Part shown: positions 1-13,622 of the stretch, piece after piece
Layout of the letters: the number at the start of each line of letters is the position of its first letter
How positions within the stretch are numbered: the first letter of the stretch is position 1
DNA from: Blasia pusilla
Taxonomy: Eukaryota
Reading direction: 5' to 3'
Assembly: GCA_050084515.1 (NCBI GenBank)
Contig: CM114271.1
Location: forward strand, 48,546,001-48,610,000
DNA length: 64,000 nucleotides
Position numbers and translations under genes: made by a program
Notes under the pieces: model-generated
The model's input: only the letters and a program-made list of their open reading frames with translations
Told to the model about the DNA's origin: nothing
Databases searched by the model: none

Positions 1-3000
1 CTACACATGAAAGCTGAATGTGTTTCTCCACTTTAAAGTACAACGTAGAAGGCCAACGCCAAGTACATACAGGTGGACGTTTGGAGTTACACCGGAAATG
101 TGGGAAACTCTGATATGGAGTCTTTATGGTCCTGGGAAGCTTCATTCTACTAGCAGAGTAGTCACCACATTTGCGTTGAAATATAGCCTCGTACCAATGG
201 TATTGGTGAAAGGACTGTTCTCGGTAAGGTTGAAGTTCGCAATCAATTGAGATACTTCCAGAGATTTTCCTTGTCATGTTATGTTAACAGGAGCCTAATC
301 TATTGCAGAGGCACGGTGAGTGTCGTCAATGGGCTGACACCAGTCTTGTCTTTATGTATTTCCATACTGGTAAGGTCGGGAACAGTTGGGGAAGACATTT
401 GGAGAAGAAATGCCATGGAGTGCTGGTTGGAATTGAGATATATTTAAGATGAGGGTTTTCCGACTTGTTTTGATGAGTGTCTACACCATGTGGATGTTAA
501 TGCTAGAACGAACGTTTCCAAATTGATCCGGTGTATCCGGATCTGTTGACCTGGTGTATTCTGTATCATTGTGGTCTAGACTACCTCAATTTAAACCTGG
601 GTTTGATAATATAGCAACATATTTTCGGAGCAAAGACATCTTGCGCGTGTCACGATAGTAAGTAAATATTCCGGATGTCTTCAGGGAATATCGCACCCAT
701 CTGGTTGATATCTGTACTGAACCCCAAATGAGTGGATGGATGGCTGGGAACTCACTTAACTGGAATTAATGGAGAGAATGAATACGGTGACGTCGCACGG
801 TCCTGAATTTTGGTGACGTCGCACGGTCCAATGTTCGCAGTCTCGATTTCCTTCTCCACTACGACTGACGTCCATCTTCGTTGTATTCGATCCTTCGCTC
901 CTGACCATGCGAACTGCTGTGTTCCTCTTGTCTCCGTGGCGAGTGGGACCAAAAGTGTGCCACATCATTCAAGGGTTCTGCAATCCATTTGTGTAAGGTC
1001 ATGCCGACGAGTCGTACACCCGCGATCAGCAATTATGTTCAAGAAACATAAGCTTTCATAGAAACTTGGACGGAAGCTTGCAGTCGACACCCTCACGAGT
1101 ATTGATACCCTGTCTCTCACGTGCGACGTTGTGGGCTACTGATGCGTAAATGTCACTTCTGTCCAGACTAGACCACTGGAGCCTCGGTGAACCATGGAAC
1201 ACTATCTCCGAGAAACGCGGCGCGCATTTGACTTGAATTGCCCGGTATTGTCCCGATGTGGACAACTCTCACCCTGGTTTATGAAGACTTCCCATGTCGC
1301 CGCGGGGGATGAAGCTCAGCCACCACATGAGTTATGTGGCAGCATGGCAAAACCATCTGGTGTGACCAATACACGTCTCTAACTCTAAACTACCGAATGC
1401 AATTGTCAAAGTCTAGATGTGAAATGTGTAATGCAGCACGGGCTTAACTGCGTATGCGTCGATCCCGTGGTCAGACACAGTCAGACTAATGTACCGATTT
1501 TGCACCCTCCGTCCACAACATGATGGTTTATCAAGTATTGCTCCCGATTAGCTTCTTGTTATATGAGCGAATCACCAGATAGACGCTCCCATCTGTCACG
1601 ATCTGTTCATCGATCGCGAACTGTCTCTAATGTTACCTATCCTTTACAATTCAACTGCTCCGACGAACGAGTAGATAGCGCGCGTTCTAAGTTCCGACCC
1701 AGTTGTGGCCTCTTTGGGTCCCCTTGTTTTTAATTATAGATGGGTTTTTTGATGTTTACTTATTCAGGCGTGAAAGTGCGACTTCGATGAACTTTTTGTG
1801 ACCTTTTTCCCATACGAAAACCTAAATTTCCCCCCACGGGAATCAACACTTCTCGAAGCACGGATGGAAGTTCGACTCGTGTGCGCTGGTCATATCCGCA
1901 ATCAGTGGCCACACAAGACGCGTAGCGAATACCAATCATGGACCCATGACGAACAGTTCGACGTCCGTCTTACATCGTACACGCACGAACGGACGACCAC
2001 TAGACGGCCAGAAAAGCTAACGGTGAATCCCAGTTGTTCAGGTTCCCGGTCTCACCCATCGCTCGCCGGACTTATCCACCAATCGGTGAGGCTTCCGGAA
2101 ACCGACCGTACTCCGTAGTACAGACGGACGGACGGACGGACGGATACCCTTCCATGGAAGAGCATGTCGAGGGGAAAGTTGTGGACGATGAGGAGGCGAA
2201 AGTGAAGGGCAGGGCGGATTGAAGGCGAGGGAATGTGGTGGAAGGTGCTCCAATAGATCCAAATGCGGATGTGACGCATACACAGAATGTGTTCAGGTGT
2301 AAACCGCTGACTGCGACGTTCAACCGGTCGGACGAAAGTATAGGATCGAACACACCTACGGCAAAGTGGAGGCGGGGAGAGATAGTGGATGCGACTGTTT
2401 TCGGAATTGGACTCTGGATCGGCGATTCCCATGGTGGATGCTTGTTCTTTGATAAATCCGCAATCCGTCATTGTAATTTTTGCGGTGTAGCTGAGATGCT
2501 TGGTGGGAGAGTTTTATTGCGAAATGAGTGTTTCGTGGGTTTGTACCGATTGGTGTGATTGCAAGATCAGCAATGCAGGTGCTTGAATTGTTCTTGGCGT
2601 TCCCCAGACTTTAGAGCATGCTGTTCAGTTATGCCGTCGTGAGTTTCCCGTCGCTCTGTTTCCAGCTCACGACTCCTTCTTGAGTCGTCTGCTTTGACGA
2701 TGGGGATAACCTTTGTCCTGATTTTGCCAAGTCATAGATGAGAGTGAGAGCTACACTACTCATGATTAGTGCTTGAACTAGTTCCTGATCGTACTGCCAC
2801 GACTGGCTCTACGATCAAGATGCCAGAATGTTGAGACCGACAAACAGAGATTCACATGATATTTGATTGGTATGCAGGAACTAGAAATAAAGCAGGACTG
2901 GAGGAGACGTGCGTTTAGGTGAACCGCAACTGTGCACATGGTTTGCATCCTGTTCTTGGAAAGAAGTAGCAGGTTCTGTGAGGAAGACAACAACAGCGTT

Positions 3001-3195
3001 CTGTTTCTCATGTGTTGCGAAAAGCGGATGACTTACGTTCAGATTCTGGTAGGGGATGAATTGCCATGCACAAGAAGATAAGCCAAGTCGAAACCCAAGA
3101 TTGAAGTCTGGCTGTATCAGCTGAATCCAGGTGCTTGGCTTATGGTCAGCAGGGACTAAAGTTGCCCAGCATCCAAGTTTCGCTCGGAGGTTAAG

Positions 3196-6100
3196 ATGGG
3201 GGACGTGCAGGTGAAGAAAGTCTTCAAGGACAGATGGCTGGGATTATGTCTTGGTATGTGGATGCAGGCGTGTGGAGGAATCTCATATGTCTTCTCACTC
3301 TATTCAGCTGACTTGAAGCATACTCTGGGTTACAATCAAGAGATGATTGATGGCTTGGGCACATCAAAGGATATCGGTGGAAATGTTGGAATTGTATCTG
3401 GTCTCCTGATAGACGTTACCTCTGCTTGGTTCGTGCTCCTTGTGGGTGGAATGCTTCACTTCTTATTCTACACTCTGGTACCCCCTTTTCTCCCTTTTAG
3501 TTTCCTATGTTATGTAGTTACATGTCCCTTGGAATGCTTTTCTTCTTTTTGCCATTTTCGGTACACTGCCCCTGGTCTTTGGAGCTGTGGAGCTTGCTCG
3601 TTTGGAAAACATCTGACAGCAAGCCACTTTCTTTTTGTAACTCCCTGAAGCTTTCAGCAGACTGGGAAATCAACTGCAAGTTTTGTTGGGATACTATAGA
3701 TTTGTTTCTTCATTTTAAATGACTGAGCTGTGGCCTTCGTCATCATCATGGAAAAAACTTATCAAACCTGCACAGTCCAGTGAGTTCTGAGACAGCAGAA
3801 ACTTGCTGCTGTTTCCTATGGTTAGAACGTTGCCATGAATTTAGGAGATGTTTAGTCTACCTGGAAATGTGAATACCCATGATTACGTAACCCTATCCTA
3901 TGCTGGTCTGCCTGACTCTCTGGGATGGCTGTACAAGTCACCTCATCAACTCCCTGTAATGCACCTTCTCAGCATCTCATGGATAGTCTGCCACTTCACT
4001 CGTGTTTCTATCCTTCTTTGCAATGTTGTTGCGGGCTGACTGAGATCTTTGGAGAGATCACTTCAAAACTGTATGCTGCCACATTGAGCTCGTCTAATCC
4101 ACCCAGACATAGACGGCTGGAAGGCTGTGACACAAAGAGAAACCAAGTTGGCCCACTCTTTCCAGAGTGATTTGCACTGGGTCGCTTGTTCCATTTGAGT
4201 GTTGATATTGCCTTGAAAGTGTGGGGTTACACTCTTGCTGGGACTGGTTTTATTCGAAAGTCTCGTACTGTGTATGATCATACTTAGTATGATTAGTGTG
4301 CTGTCAGGAGTGGATCCCCAGTGAGTTTCTCAACTATGATTTTGAGATTCTAAGTTCTCTATTGCCAAACAAGTGAGTTCAGTATGCACCAAGAGATCGT
4401 AACAATTTTTTTTCGACTTGGGCAGGCATACACAGTCTGTTGGAAGCAGCCGATGGTACTAGCAATTCTACATAGTATGGTGTCCGGCTTATGGTATCAC
4501 CTTCTGATCACAAGCTTCCAAGAGTAGCATGTTATTGCGACATGTTGTCCATATTCTTGGAAGCTTACATGTTCTCTGCTACAATTTGCAGTATACACTG
4601 TTCTTGTATTCCAGCTGTGGGACTCCAAAATGAAGATTACAGATTTCTTTTCAAGACGCACCTGGGAAAACAGTGTCTTGAGCTCGCAAGACTCTTCTTT
4701 GAACATCACCTCTGGATTTCATTATTCCCCTTTTATGTCCTGAAGTAATGGATGAAAAAAGTAGGCTCCAGAATGCTTTGACATACTTACTTTCGTCTAG
4801 GGTAGAGAGTCTGAACAGACAAATCATCCAATGTCAGTATTTCTGACACATTGCAGTCACTAGTGTGTGATGAGAACCCCAGTTTTCAGACGTAGTGCAA
4901 AGATAGCCTAAAGAACATGTCCTAGAGTGGTACACTATTTACTGTGTGCTTGACATTTCTTTCTGTCAGAACCTTCATCCACATGATGATTTTGGGCCCA
5001 ATTGACAGGGAAAGTTGTGCGAAGCTGTCTTCTATCATTCTTTATAAATCTTAATTTGTTGAGCCAACTGCTAACCATGATCCAAACTTGTGATCTGCAG
5101 CTCTACCTTGCGGCCACAGGTCAAATTGTGCCAGCTTATTGGCAGGTAAGATTTGAATTTCATTTTTTTGAAGGAAAATCATGCGCTCATGTGACAGATT
5201 TCTCATGTGAGTTTACTACTTTTCTACCATCAGAATCTGGACTTAGTCAAGTTTTTGTGTTGCAGATGTGTATTATTATCATGCTTGGGACAAATGGAGC
5301 AACATGGTTCAATACTGCTGTTCTAGTGACTTGGTATGCTTCCTCCAACAACATGGTAGTGAGTTCTCATGGTATAGTCAATGGGGCTGTGAGTTTGTTG
5401 ATTCATTCAAGGAGCTTGTGTGGTGCTGTCTGGAGCGAAGATAGGAGTGGATTTCTCTGTAGCCTGTAGACTGTGCCTAACCCAATAAAGACTGAGTCAA
5501 TGGGTTTTTATGTGAATTTTTTACAAGTGAATGAAGGAAATGATTTATTGTCCACGGGGATCCAAAGAAGGAGCATGGGACTTTGATTTGCAACATTTGC
5601 AAGAATTGAGCAGTGAGAACCCAACCAAAGATGACCTAAGAGGTTGTCTGGTCCAGTTATTGTTGTCTGGCCTGCACACATCTACGTACGAATTTGGGAA
5701 TCTGAACCTGATTCTTGCTAGCCATGAAGTCAGCAACATTGAGAGTGAGAAAAAGATTGACCAGCAGAAGTATCTCCTTGTACAAAGTCAGAACTAGCAT
5801 CAGCTAAACCATCCATGATTTCAGCTTGTATACAATCAGCAAAGCACTGTCTAACTCACTTATCAAATCAGAGCCCTACCATGGTGTGACTCTCCTTGTT
5901 ATCTATCAGATACAAAGGAGGATTCTAAACAATCACAACTTGCACAGATCCGCAGATGTCACCAGCTCAAAGATCACACATGGCTTATATCACTGAGCAA
6001 AAACACCATCAGCTATCTAGACAAAACGATCTGCCTTCCAGTGAGGCTGTAGTAAGCCTCACTGGAAGGCAGATCTGACTTGATGTAGAGACAATATATG

Positions 6101-9100
6101 AGGGTGAGCATTTCTGACCCTTAGATCTTGAACAGATCCATACCCAAAATATGAGATGGTGGCTAGCCCTAATTCGAGATTACCCTAAAAAGATAGATGA
6201 GCTCTAAGTTGTCTCCAGCTAACTAAGTTAGTATCCAGCTCAGTTAGTATTCGACTAACTACTTTTAGGGCATGACTAAACTAGATATTAACAAATTTCA
6301 ACAGAGGGTAGGACCTTGGAAGAGATCTGGGTACTCGAGTCTGATGTACCCTTGGTAATTGCTTTTGAAGAGAAAATGTTTTCATCTAAAATTCCTGAGC
6401 TACAATCCTTACATAATCTGTCCCCTCTTTTTGTTCGTGAGAACTTTCCTCTCTTCAAATGTCTGTCGAGTCACATCGGATCTAGCAAGCGCATGACCGA
6501 GTTTGATGGACATAGTGGCAGAGATGTAAGAAGCCTGTTCAGTAGATTGCAGAGTGTAAGAATGTCAGTGTGAAACTAGACATTGTGTAATGACTAGTAT
6601 AAATCTGATAAAGCATTCATACAGGCCAGTGGAAGGTTATCCCTGAAAGGGGATGTCCCCTGAATCCGTGACTGTTCGGTGAGACTTGTGTGGATGCTCC
6701 ACTCCTGGATTAGTATTGAGCTCACACACGGATTGAGTTCTGTGACCCCGTTTTATCTGGGGTCGCCAACCAGGAGGTGGGTTCGCTCGAGTGAGGATTT
6801 GTAGTCTTCTGACAGACCATTTTGCAGAGGAGGAGGGTGATGTCTACTACCTTGAGATGTCTCGTGGACAAGAGTAACATGATGCAGGAATATTTCCTGT
6901 GAGTGTGCATCACAAGAGTTCTTGTAGACCTGCATGATAGTGTGTTAAATGCATGTAAACCTGCTCACGAATTTCCAACACAGGGTATTCATGAAAATGT
7001 ATTAACGTGGCATCCTTTCACCATTTTCCCTGACTGATTGCACCTCCTCTTGTTGTTAAGTCTCAATACTAAGTCCCATGGCCCTGTGGGGTCCCCGTGG
7101 ACAATAAATCTATTCATTCATTCATTCCCATAGCTTTTGGTGCTTATCCCAAGTAAAAGAGATCTTCTGGAACTTTTGCAGAACAAAATCTCCAGAAGGT
7201 CTTTGTTAGTGTTTGTTGGCAAATTATCAGTTGATATGCCCCACTTTTTAAGCTCTACACTGCACTCCTGGTACAGTTCTTTGCCCCAGTAGCAGCAGTA
7301 TCCTTGGAAGGTTGGAAGGTTCTTGCAGAGAGGTGATTAGGATCATCCTCTGTAATAGCCTCAGGGTGCTGAAGGAATGTGGTCAGCATTTGATTGCATG
7401 AATCTCCACCGGGACTTCTCCAAACTCAGCAAGTAGCAGGTCACGGGGGGTCGTCATCCTGACACGAAGGCATCCATGCATGAAGAGTTTTTGTGGGATA
7501 TCTAGTCCCTTGGGGCATACATTGGTAATTTGACCCCAAACTTCCGAAGCATACAGGGTGGCTGGTATTGACCATTGCTTTGGAGAGGTGGAGTTTTGTG
7601 GTGTTTACCACATTTCCATTGTCTTGCAATCAGGAGGTGAAGACATTTCATACCTGCATTAGCTTGGGTGCGACTGCCATTGGTTTGCCAATTGTTGTTG
7701 GGTTTTACCCTAACCCCCAAGTAGAAGTACTCGTTCATGGTATCAACAGCATCTCTGTTCACAGCTTGTCCATAGGTGAATGTGCAACCATTGTGCTGTC
7801 GGTAGTTGAGAGCCAAAGATAACTAGTTAGTCTTTTGTTGATTGACCTCCGTCCCTGATCTACTGCAAAATCCCCATAGTGCATTCAGGTATAGTTATAG
7901 TGAGGAAAGGAGAAAAGCAATGTAGTGCATTGTCATTACAATTAGGAGTTCTGCTTGTAGGTCTGTATATTGGGTTCTTTTATGTTCAAGAAAGGCCAAC
8001 TGACCGCCTTTGATACCGGTTGCAGTATGCGAAATTTCCCTTCAGACCGTGGAGTTGTTGTGGGTCTTCTGAAGGGATTCATTGGCCTCAGTGGTGCCAT
8101 CTTCACTCAGGTGAAATGCCATTTGTGTTACCTATGAGCAGGTCATTGCCTTTCTTTCTGGGTGCAGTGACATGTGGGCCATAGAGAAGAGGGATCTTTC
8201 TTTCCTCCAGGGTCTTAAAGACTGTTCTTAATAATGAGTTAGTCAAAATCTGGAGGTCTAGGTTTTCTTCCCAAGTCCCTTGTATTTCATGTGCTCTCTT
8301 TTGATTACATCAGATCAGTTTGATTACAGGTCTACACAGCAGTTTATGCACCAACGACTGGTCCGTTTCTATTGTTCTGTGCAACTATACCGCCCCTTGT
8401 GGCCGTTTTATCTATGTTCATCATACAGCCAGTTGATGGACATAAGCAGACGGATGAAGCAGATAAGCTTAAGTTCTCAATTTTGTATGTAAGTAAACAA
8501 AAACACCAAAATTTTCTAAGATTGATTGAGATGTTACATGATATTGAAACGACCATGCCAGCTCTTCATATCAGTGTTTCCGTTTACAACTGATGACTTA
8601 CAGGATCTTATCATATGTCACTGTGCAAAGAATGACAGGTATCTTATACTTGTGGGTCTTGATTTGCAGATTGTGGGTATAGGTCTGGCTTTTTACCTCA
8701 TGGCAGTCATCCTCATTCAGGTCTGTGTACCATCATCAACACAAAGTAGCTGTGCTTGGAAGTTGCCATGTTATCTATGAAAACAATGGTTCTGTCCTCC
8801 TGACTTGTTATGCCCATCAGGGCATTGGGCATAACAAGTCAATTTTCTAAGTTGTCAGGCTCATCACTTGCTTCTGATCAACTTTTCTGCAGGATTTCTT
8901 TGTTATCGGTAAGGGTGCAAGTCAATTTTGCATGGCCCTCATGCTGGTGATCTTAATCTTACCAGGGATTATACCTGTAAGAGTTTTCTCTCACATCATC
9001 ACTCTTTATCTGTATGGTTCCTTCATGGATACTACATCTTTAATTTCAGATTAGCTGCATTTCATTGTGGGGTTTCAGAATATTGTGAACTTTGTTTGAG

Positions 9101-12100
9101 AAGATTCACAAAGTTGGTTGGAAGGGAGTGACACGAGTAACCCTTCTGATACTTGCTCGGTTCCAAAGGATATGTCAACTGTTTATTTATTTATTTATTT
9201 TGCCAACTCTCAGAGGTCATGAAGAGACAGCTCAGCTAAAACAATTTTAGGTCATCTACTTCTTAGTAGACGTCGTCTCTTGCAACCATTTCTAGTAGAT
9301 CCCCTTTGGATCTACTAGACACGGTTTCGACAAGGTCCCCAAAAAATATTAGATTTTAGGGGGTGACATTGGAATTTATGCACATCTTAGTTCTAAAGCG
9401 ACGTAGCTTATGCCAATGAACTTCATTTCTTGCTTCTTGCAGTGGAAGTACCGCAATGTGCAGCAACCAAAAGGACGTCTTAAGGTGGATACAGCTGTAC
9501 TGACTTCAAACTCACCAGGAGGAATGCACACTCCAACAAAGCAGCAACTCAAGGAACCTTTGATTTTGACAAAATCCTCAACTGCAATTGATGTGACACC
9601 CCCAAGGAGTCACGAGTCTCAAAATGGTGCATCTAAACCAGGACCACCAGACACCCCTTCAAAGCTCAAAGCAAGGCTTGGACAGGACCACACGTTATGG
9701 CAGGCTGTTAACACCCAAGATTATTGGTAAGTGCGAAGTCAGACTACTATTCTAGAAGAATAAGGGGAAAGACTACACTTATTAAGTAGTACCTGTGGTA
9801 GCCTTGTGATCATAGACCCCATGCCCTGGTTGGACAGTGCTAGAGTCTGCGATGGGTACATAGTGTTGGGAGAGATGTCAACAAGTGCTTGTAAAGTGAG
9901 GTCAGTGAAGGACAGTTTATCATGTGTGTCCTAGGTGAAAGGTTAAACTAAACTTGATCGTTGATGATGTTTATGCCTTGTGTGACAATACTTCCTGGGA
10001 TATCCGAAATGTATAGAAAGGCAAGCTCAGTTTATAGCAGACTGATAATACCAAGCAGAATGGGCCAACAACATCAAGCAGACCAATTTGAGAGTTTGAT
10101 GAATTTCATAATTATCTTACCTTATGCATTGAAATTTCTCATACAGATCTAGTGAAGTACAAGATGGCATCATCTCAATCTTCTTGCTGTGATGGCACAC
10201 ATATGAATGTTGGAAAAAGTATGAGGCTGTTTGAGATGTCTTTCATGCCTGATAGGGATTTTGAAATCAAGGGATGAGTTCTTGTCAATCCAGGGATAGT
10301 GCATTTACTCAATTTCAATTCTTCTCTTGGACCATATTAAATTTAAATGTTGGCTATATTTTATGTTGTAATTAACTAAAATATTGGTCCTTGTTGAAAG
10401 GGAATTTTTAAATGAAAATTTACAGAAATCACTTGTAGAACTGGAACTCAAATAGTTTTTATGACAGCCATGTTTGACTCCAACACAGATGAATTGCAGC
10501 CCAATTTGCCCAAGTCTTGACCAACATCTTCACCAAGGGCTAGCTGTATTGTCATATTCAACTCTTAGGATGTATGAATGCAACTGAGGAAGATATGGAT
10601 AGTCTACATTGGTTGGTGGAATTTTTTTTCTAGCTAAACAATTGTACCTAAGTGTGATCGTTAGATAAATGCAGGTCACATCGAGCTGCCTCAGTTAGCA
10701 TCTATTTGGTTTCTCTGTTAGGACTTGAGTCAAGACTTCTTGAAGTTCATGTCATAGAGTCCAATTTTTCAGCTAAAATCTGCGACGACCTGCCCCTTCA
10801 AATTGAACTGCTGCAGGCTGATTGGTTTCAACTAAAAGCCTTCTATGAGGCATGCTCTTGCAAGGCAGCACTAGATTTCTCCAGTGGACTGGTCTACTCT
10901 ATTGGATGAAATCACCAGGATGCAAGGGTTCTTTAAGCTTTAATCAGATCACCTGAAGGGCATTCTCTTATATGCCAATCTCCTTTGCTAGTCCTTCTAT
11001 AGGCATCGTATCTTTGCACTTTGTTATTATATTCCCTCTTTCATAACTCCGTTTCCAACATGTTTCTGGCTTGGATTGACTTGTCAGGCTGTCACATTGG
11101 ATAGGGTGGGCTAAATGGGAAACTCCCATTTAGCCCACCCTGTAGATATTCCCAACAATTGCTCCTCATCATGCAGAGATTTGTCTTGTTGTGCTGAGTT
11201 CTATTTTCCGCCCCTACTATGAGCCCCAAATGGATTTGGAGCTCTCTTGTTGCTGTATCTGGTAACATGCCACCCTAAAATTATGCCAAATGTCTAATGG
11301 TAAACTTTGCACCATAGATTTTGAGTCGTGCTACCCCACTCTCCTGTCACTTTTAGTTTCTACTCAAAATAACTACTAACCATGGACCTGTGTTATGAGG
11401 GGCTAGACTAGTTGAATTTGTCAAGCTGAATATTCTGACTTCACGAGAGAGATGTCATATGAAGTGGGCTCTTTATGGTCCAATCTAAACCATGGTTCTC
11501 TTCTTCTTAAGAAGTCAATCACTAGTCTCTTGAAATACTCATTGAGATCGTAGTTTCCACAGCTACTGTGCCTTTTGTGTAAGAGAAATTTCTTGAAGAG
11601 ATCAATGGTCCTAATGCTTGGTGCCACTGTATGTGCCTACATGCCACCTCAGTGCCTGCAGCAGAAAATGGATGAGAGGAATATCTATCTTGCATGGTTT
11701 TTGCATGCATGTTTCTCTTGATTACCTCGAAGTGATTCTTTTTATCCTTATAACGTCACTCTGATGCATAACTTATTAGTCTTGGAATTTTCTACAGGTT
11801 GCTCTTTTTCGCCATGGGATGTGGTACAGGAAGTGGTCTGACAGCCATCAATAACTTGGCACAGGTTTGTAATATGTAATGCTTTTTAACTGTCCGTCTG
11901 TGTAATAAAATATGGTTACCCAGTAAAGGTTGACTAGGAGGGAGTAACCAGGTGCTCAACATGGTAAAAAGTAATGGCAGGCTCCCAAACAAAACACATT
12001 TCCACCTTAGTCCTGAGCTAAGGTGGAAATGTGCTTGTCATATTTATGGAGGAGATTCAGCTCTAGCGTTTCTGATTTTTCTTGAGAAATTAGAGATACC

Positions 12101-13622
12101 CTTCCTTGAGCAATGACAGCTACTTGACTATCCTGATCCAAGCTTAATTTCCTGTGGAGAATCATTTTCATTCGAGGCTATCACACTAGAATGACTGCAG
12201 ACAAGGGAGAAATCAGATTCTATGCTCTTAACTCTTAATTGTCGTCTGTCTTACCATGTCCCATCTTCTTAAAAGAAATCATGTGATTTGTCTATGCAGA
12301 TGGCAGAATCACTAGGATCACGAAGCATAGGAGCATTTGTTGCACTAGTCAGTGTGTGGAACTTCTTGGGCAGAATGGCCTCTGGGTATGCTCAACCGCA
12401 GGGATTTCAATGACATGAGATGCTTTCAACTGTGATCCTAGAGTTATCAGATTCTCTGAGAGTTCCTCAATGTCTGTTTTTCAACAGTGCTGATGGTAAA
12501 TGTCGAACTGGCAGGTATTTGTCAGAATACTACATGAAGCAGCATGCAACTCCTAGGCCTCTTTTTCTTTTGGTTGTACAGCTGGTCATGGCATCTGCCC
12601 ACCTACTATTTGCGTCCTCAGGTGATTCCAGCCGCATCTGCATGTATCCATAACATTTATCATATTTTGAATTGGCAGCAGTGCTCATATTCTGGGTCTG
12701 CTCAGTATTTCTTGAAGAACTGAGCAAGATCTCTAGTACCTTCTACTAGCTCTATTGAAGCAGGATGGATATTGGAAGTGTATCCAGGGGGTGTAGTAAC
12801 TGAGATATTTAGTGTCACTTAACGTTCTCCCACCGCAACACCAAGAATGAAGAAAGTTCTTCCACCCAAGCTCCTAATTGTTAATCATTTTCTTTGTCAT
12901 GTTGTGTCAGTTCCCACAATGTTGTACGTTGCTTCAATATTGGTGGGCTTGGCTCATGGGGCACATTGGACACTCATGGTAGCTACTGCATCAGAGCTGT
13001 TTGGATTACAGAACTTCGGTGCACTGTACAATACTCTGAGGTACAGTGTCTTTCCACTTCTGTAACATGGTTTGTCCTTCCAACTGCACTCAAGTCATTA
13101 CGAGTTTATGAGTTAAGTCACACCGTCCAAGAGGTATTGTCTGGGTGGTTTTCTGATATGGTTTTCTTTGATGTGAGCAGCATTTCAGCTACAGTTGGGT
13201 CATACATCCTCTCGGTCAAGCTTGCAGGATACCTGTATGACCGGCAAGTAGCAACAGCTGCAGCTCTTGCTCTTGCAACTGGTCAGAAGCCCGGCAGATC
13301 TCATAAATGTGCTGGTCCAGAGTGCTTCCGGTCAACGTTCATTGTCATGGCATGTGTGTGTGGTGTAGGTTGCTTGGCACTGATGCAACTTACCCGGCGC
13401 ACTAGAAAAGTATATAGGGACATGTATAAATTACAACAAGCGAAGGATGCTTTAAAAGAGAATTCAGAGAGTACTGATGACTTATTACCTCTACAGTCAA
13501 AAGATGTAGACAACTGTGAGGATGCCGTACTCTCAGAGAACAACATTTACAAGAATAGTAACCTCTCTGATACCCACTTTCGCCATAGTGCACCCAGTCG
13601 TTTAGATAATGAACAATTGTGA
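3196..13622 (+). CDS. Nodulin-like / NUCLEAR FUSION DEFECTIVE 4-like major facilitator superfamily transporter, 13 coding exons, ~629 aa
   Basis: Hand-spliced GT-AG exons 3196-3477, 5101-5145, 5266-5333, 8026-8110, 8330-8488, 8670-8720, 8893-8976, 9443-9726, 11798-11864, 12300-12385, 12515-12621, 12911-13040, 13181-13622 total 1890 nt in one frame. Family motifs present: RWLGLCLGMWMQACGGISYVFSLYS, KDIGGNVG, WFNTAVLVTCMRNFPSDRGVVVGLLKGFIGLSGAIFTQ, GSGLTAINNLAQ, WNFLGR, SELFGLQNFGALYN, LAGYLYD, CAGPECF. Confidence 0.93.
6400..7127 (+). mobile_element. Possible 3' end of a LINE/SINE-like insertion
   Basis: AATAAA at ~7102 is followed immediately by a short (ATTC)n tail, resembling RTE-like 3' ends. 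No protein motif recognised and the 5' boundary is a guess. Confidence 0.25.
7130..7860 (-). mobile_element. Degenerate LINE (non-LTR retrotransposon) RT C-terminal fragment in intron 3 of the MFS gene
   Basis: Broken minus-strand frames read FTYGQ...DTMNEYFYLGV, KLHLSKAMVNTS..YASEVWG and LLLAEFGEVPVE. These resemble the YxYLG thumb and post-RT motifs of RTE/L2-type LINEs. Confidence 0.6.

Noticed and set aside
1-3100. Short ORFs upstream of the MFS gene
   Set aside because: No recognisable motifs or exon chain. Likely intergenic, promoter or 5' UTR sequence.
12894-13180. N-terminal part of the 242-aa ORF as real protein
   Set aside because: It is an out-of-frame exon plus intron. Only 13181-13622 is coding in that frame.
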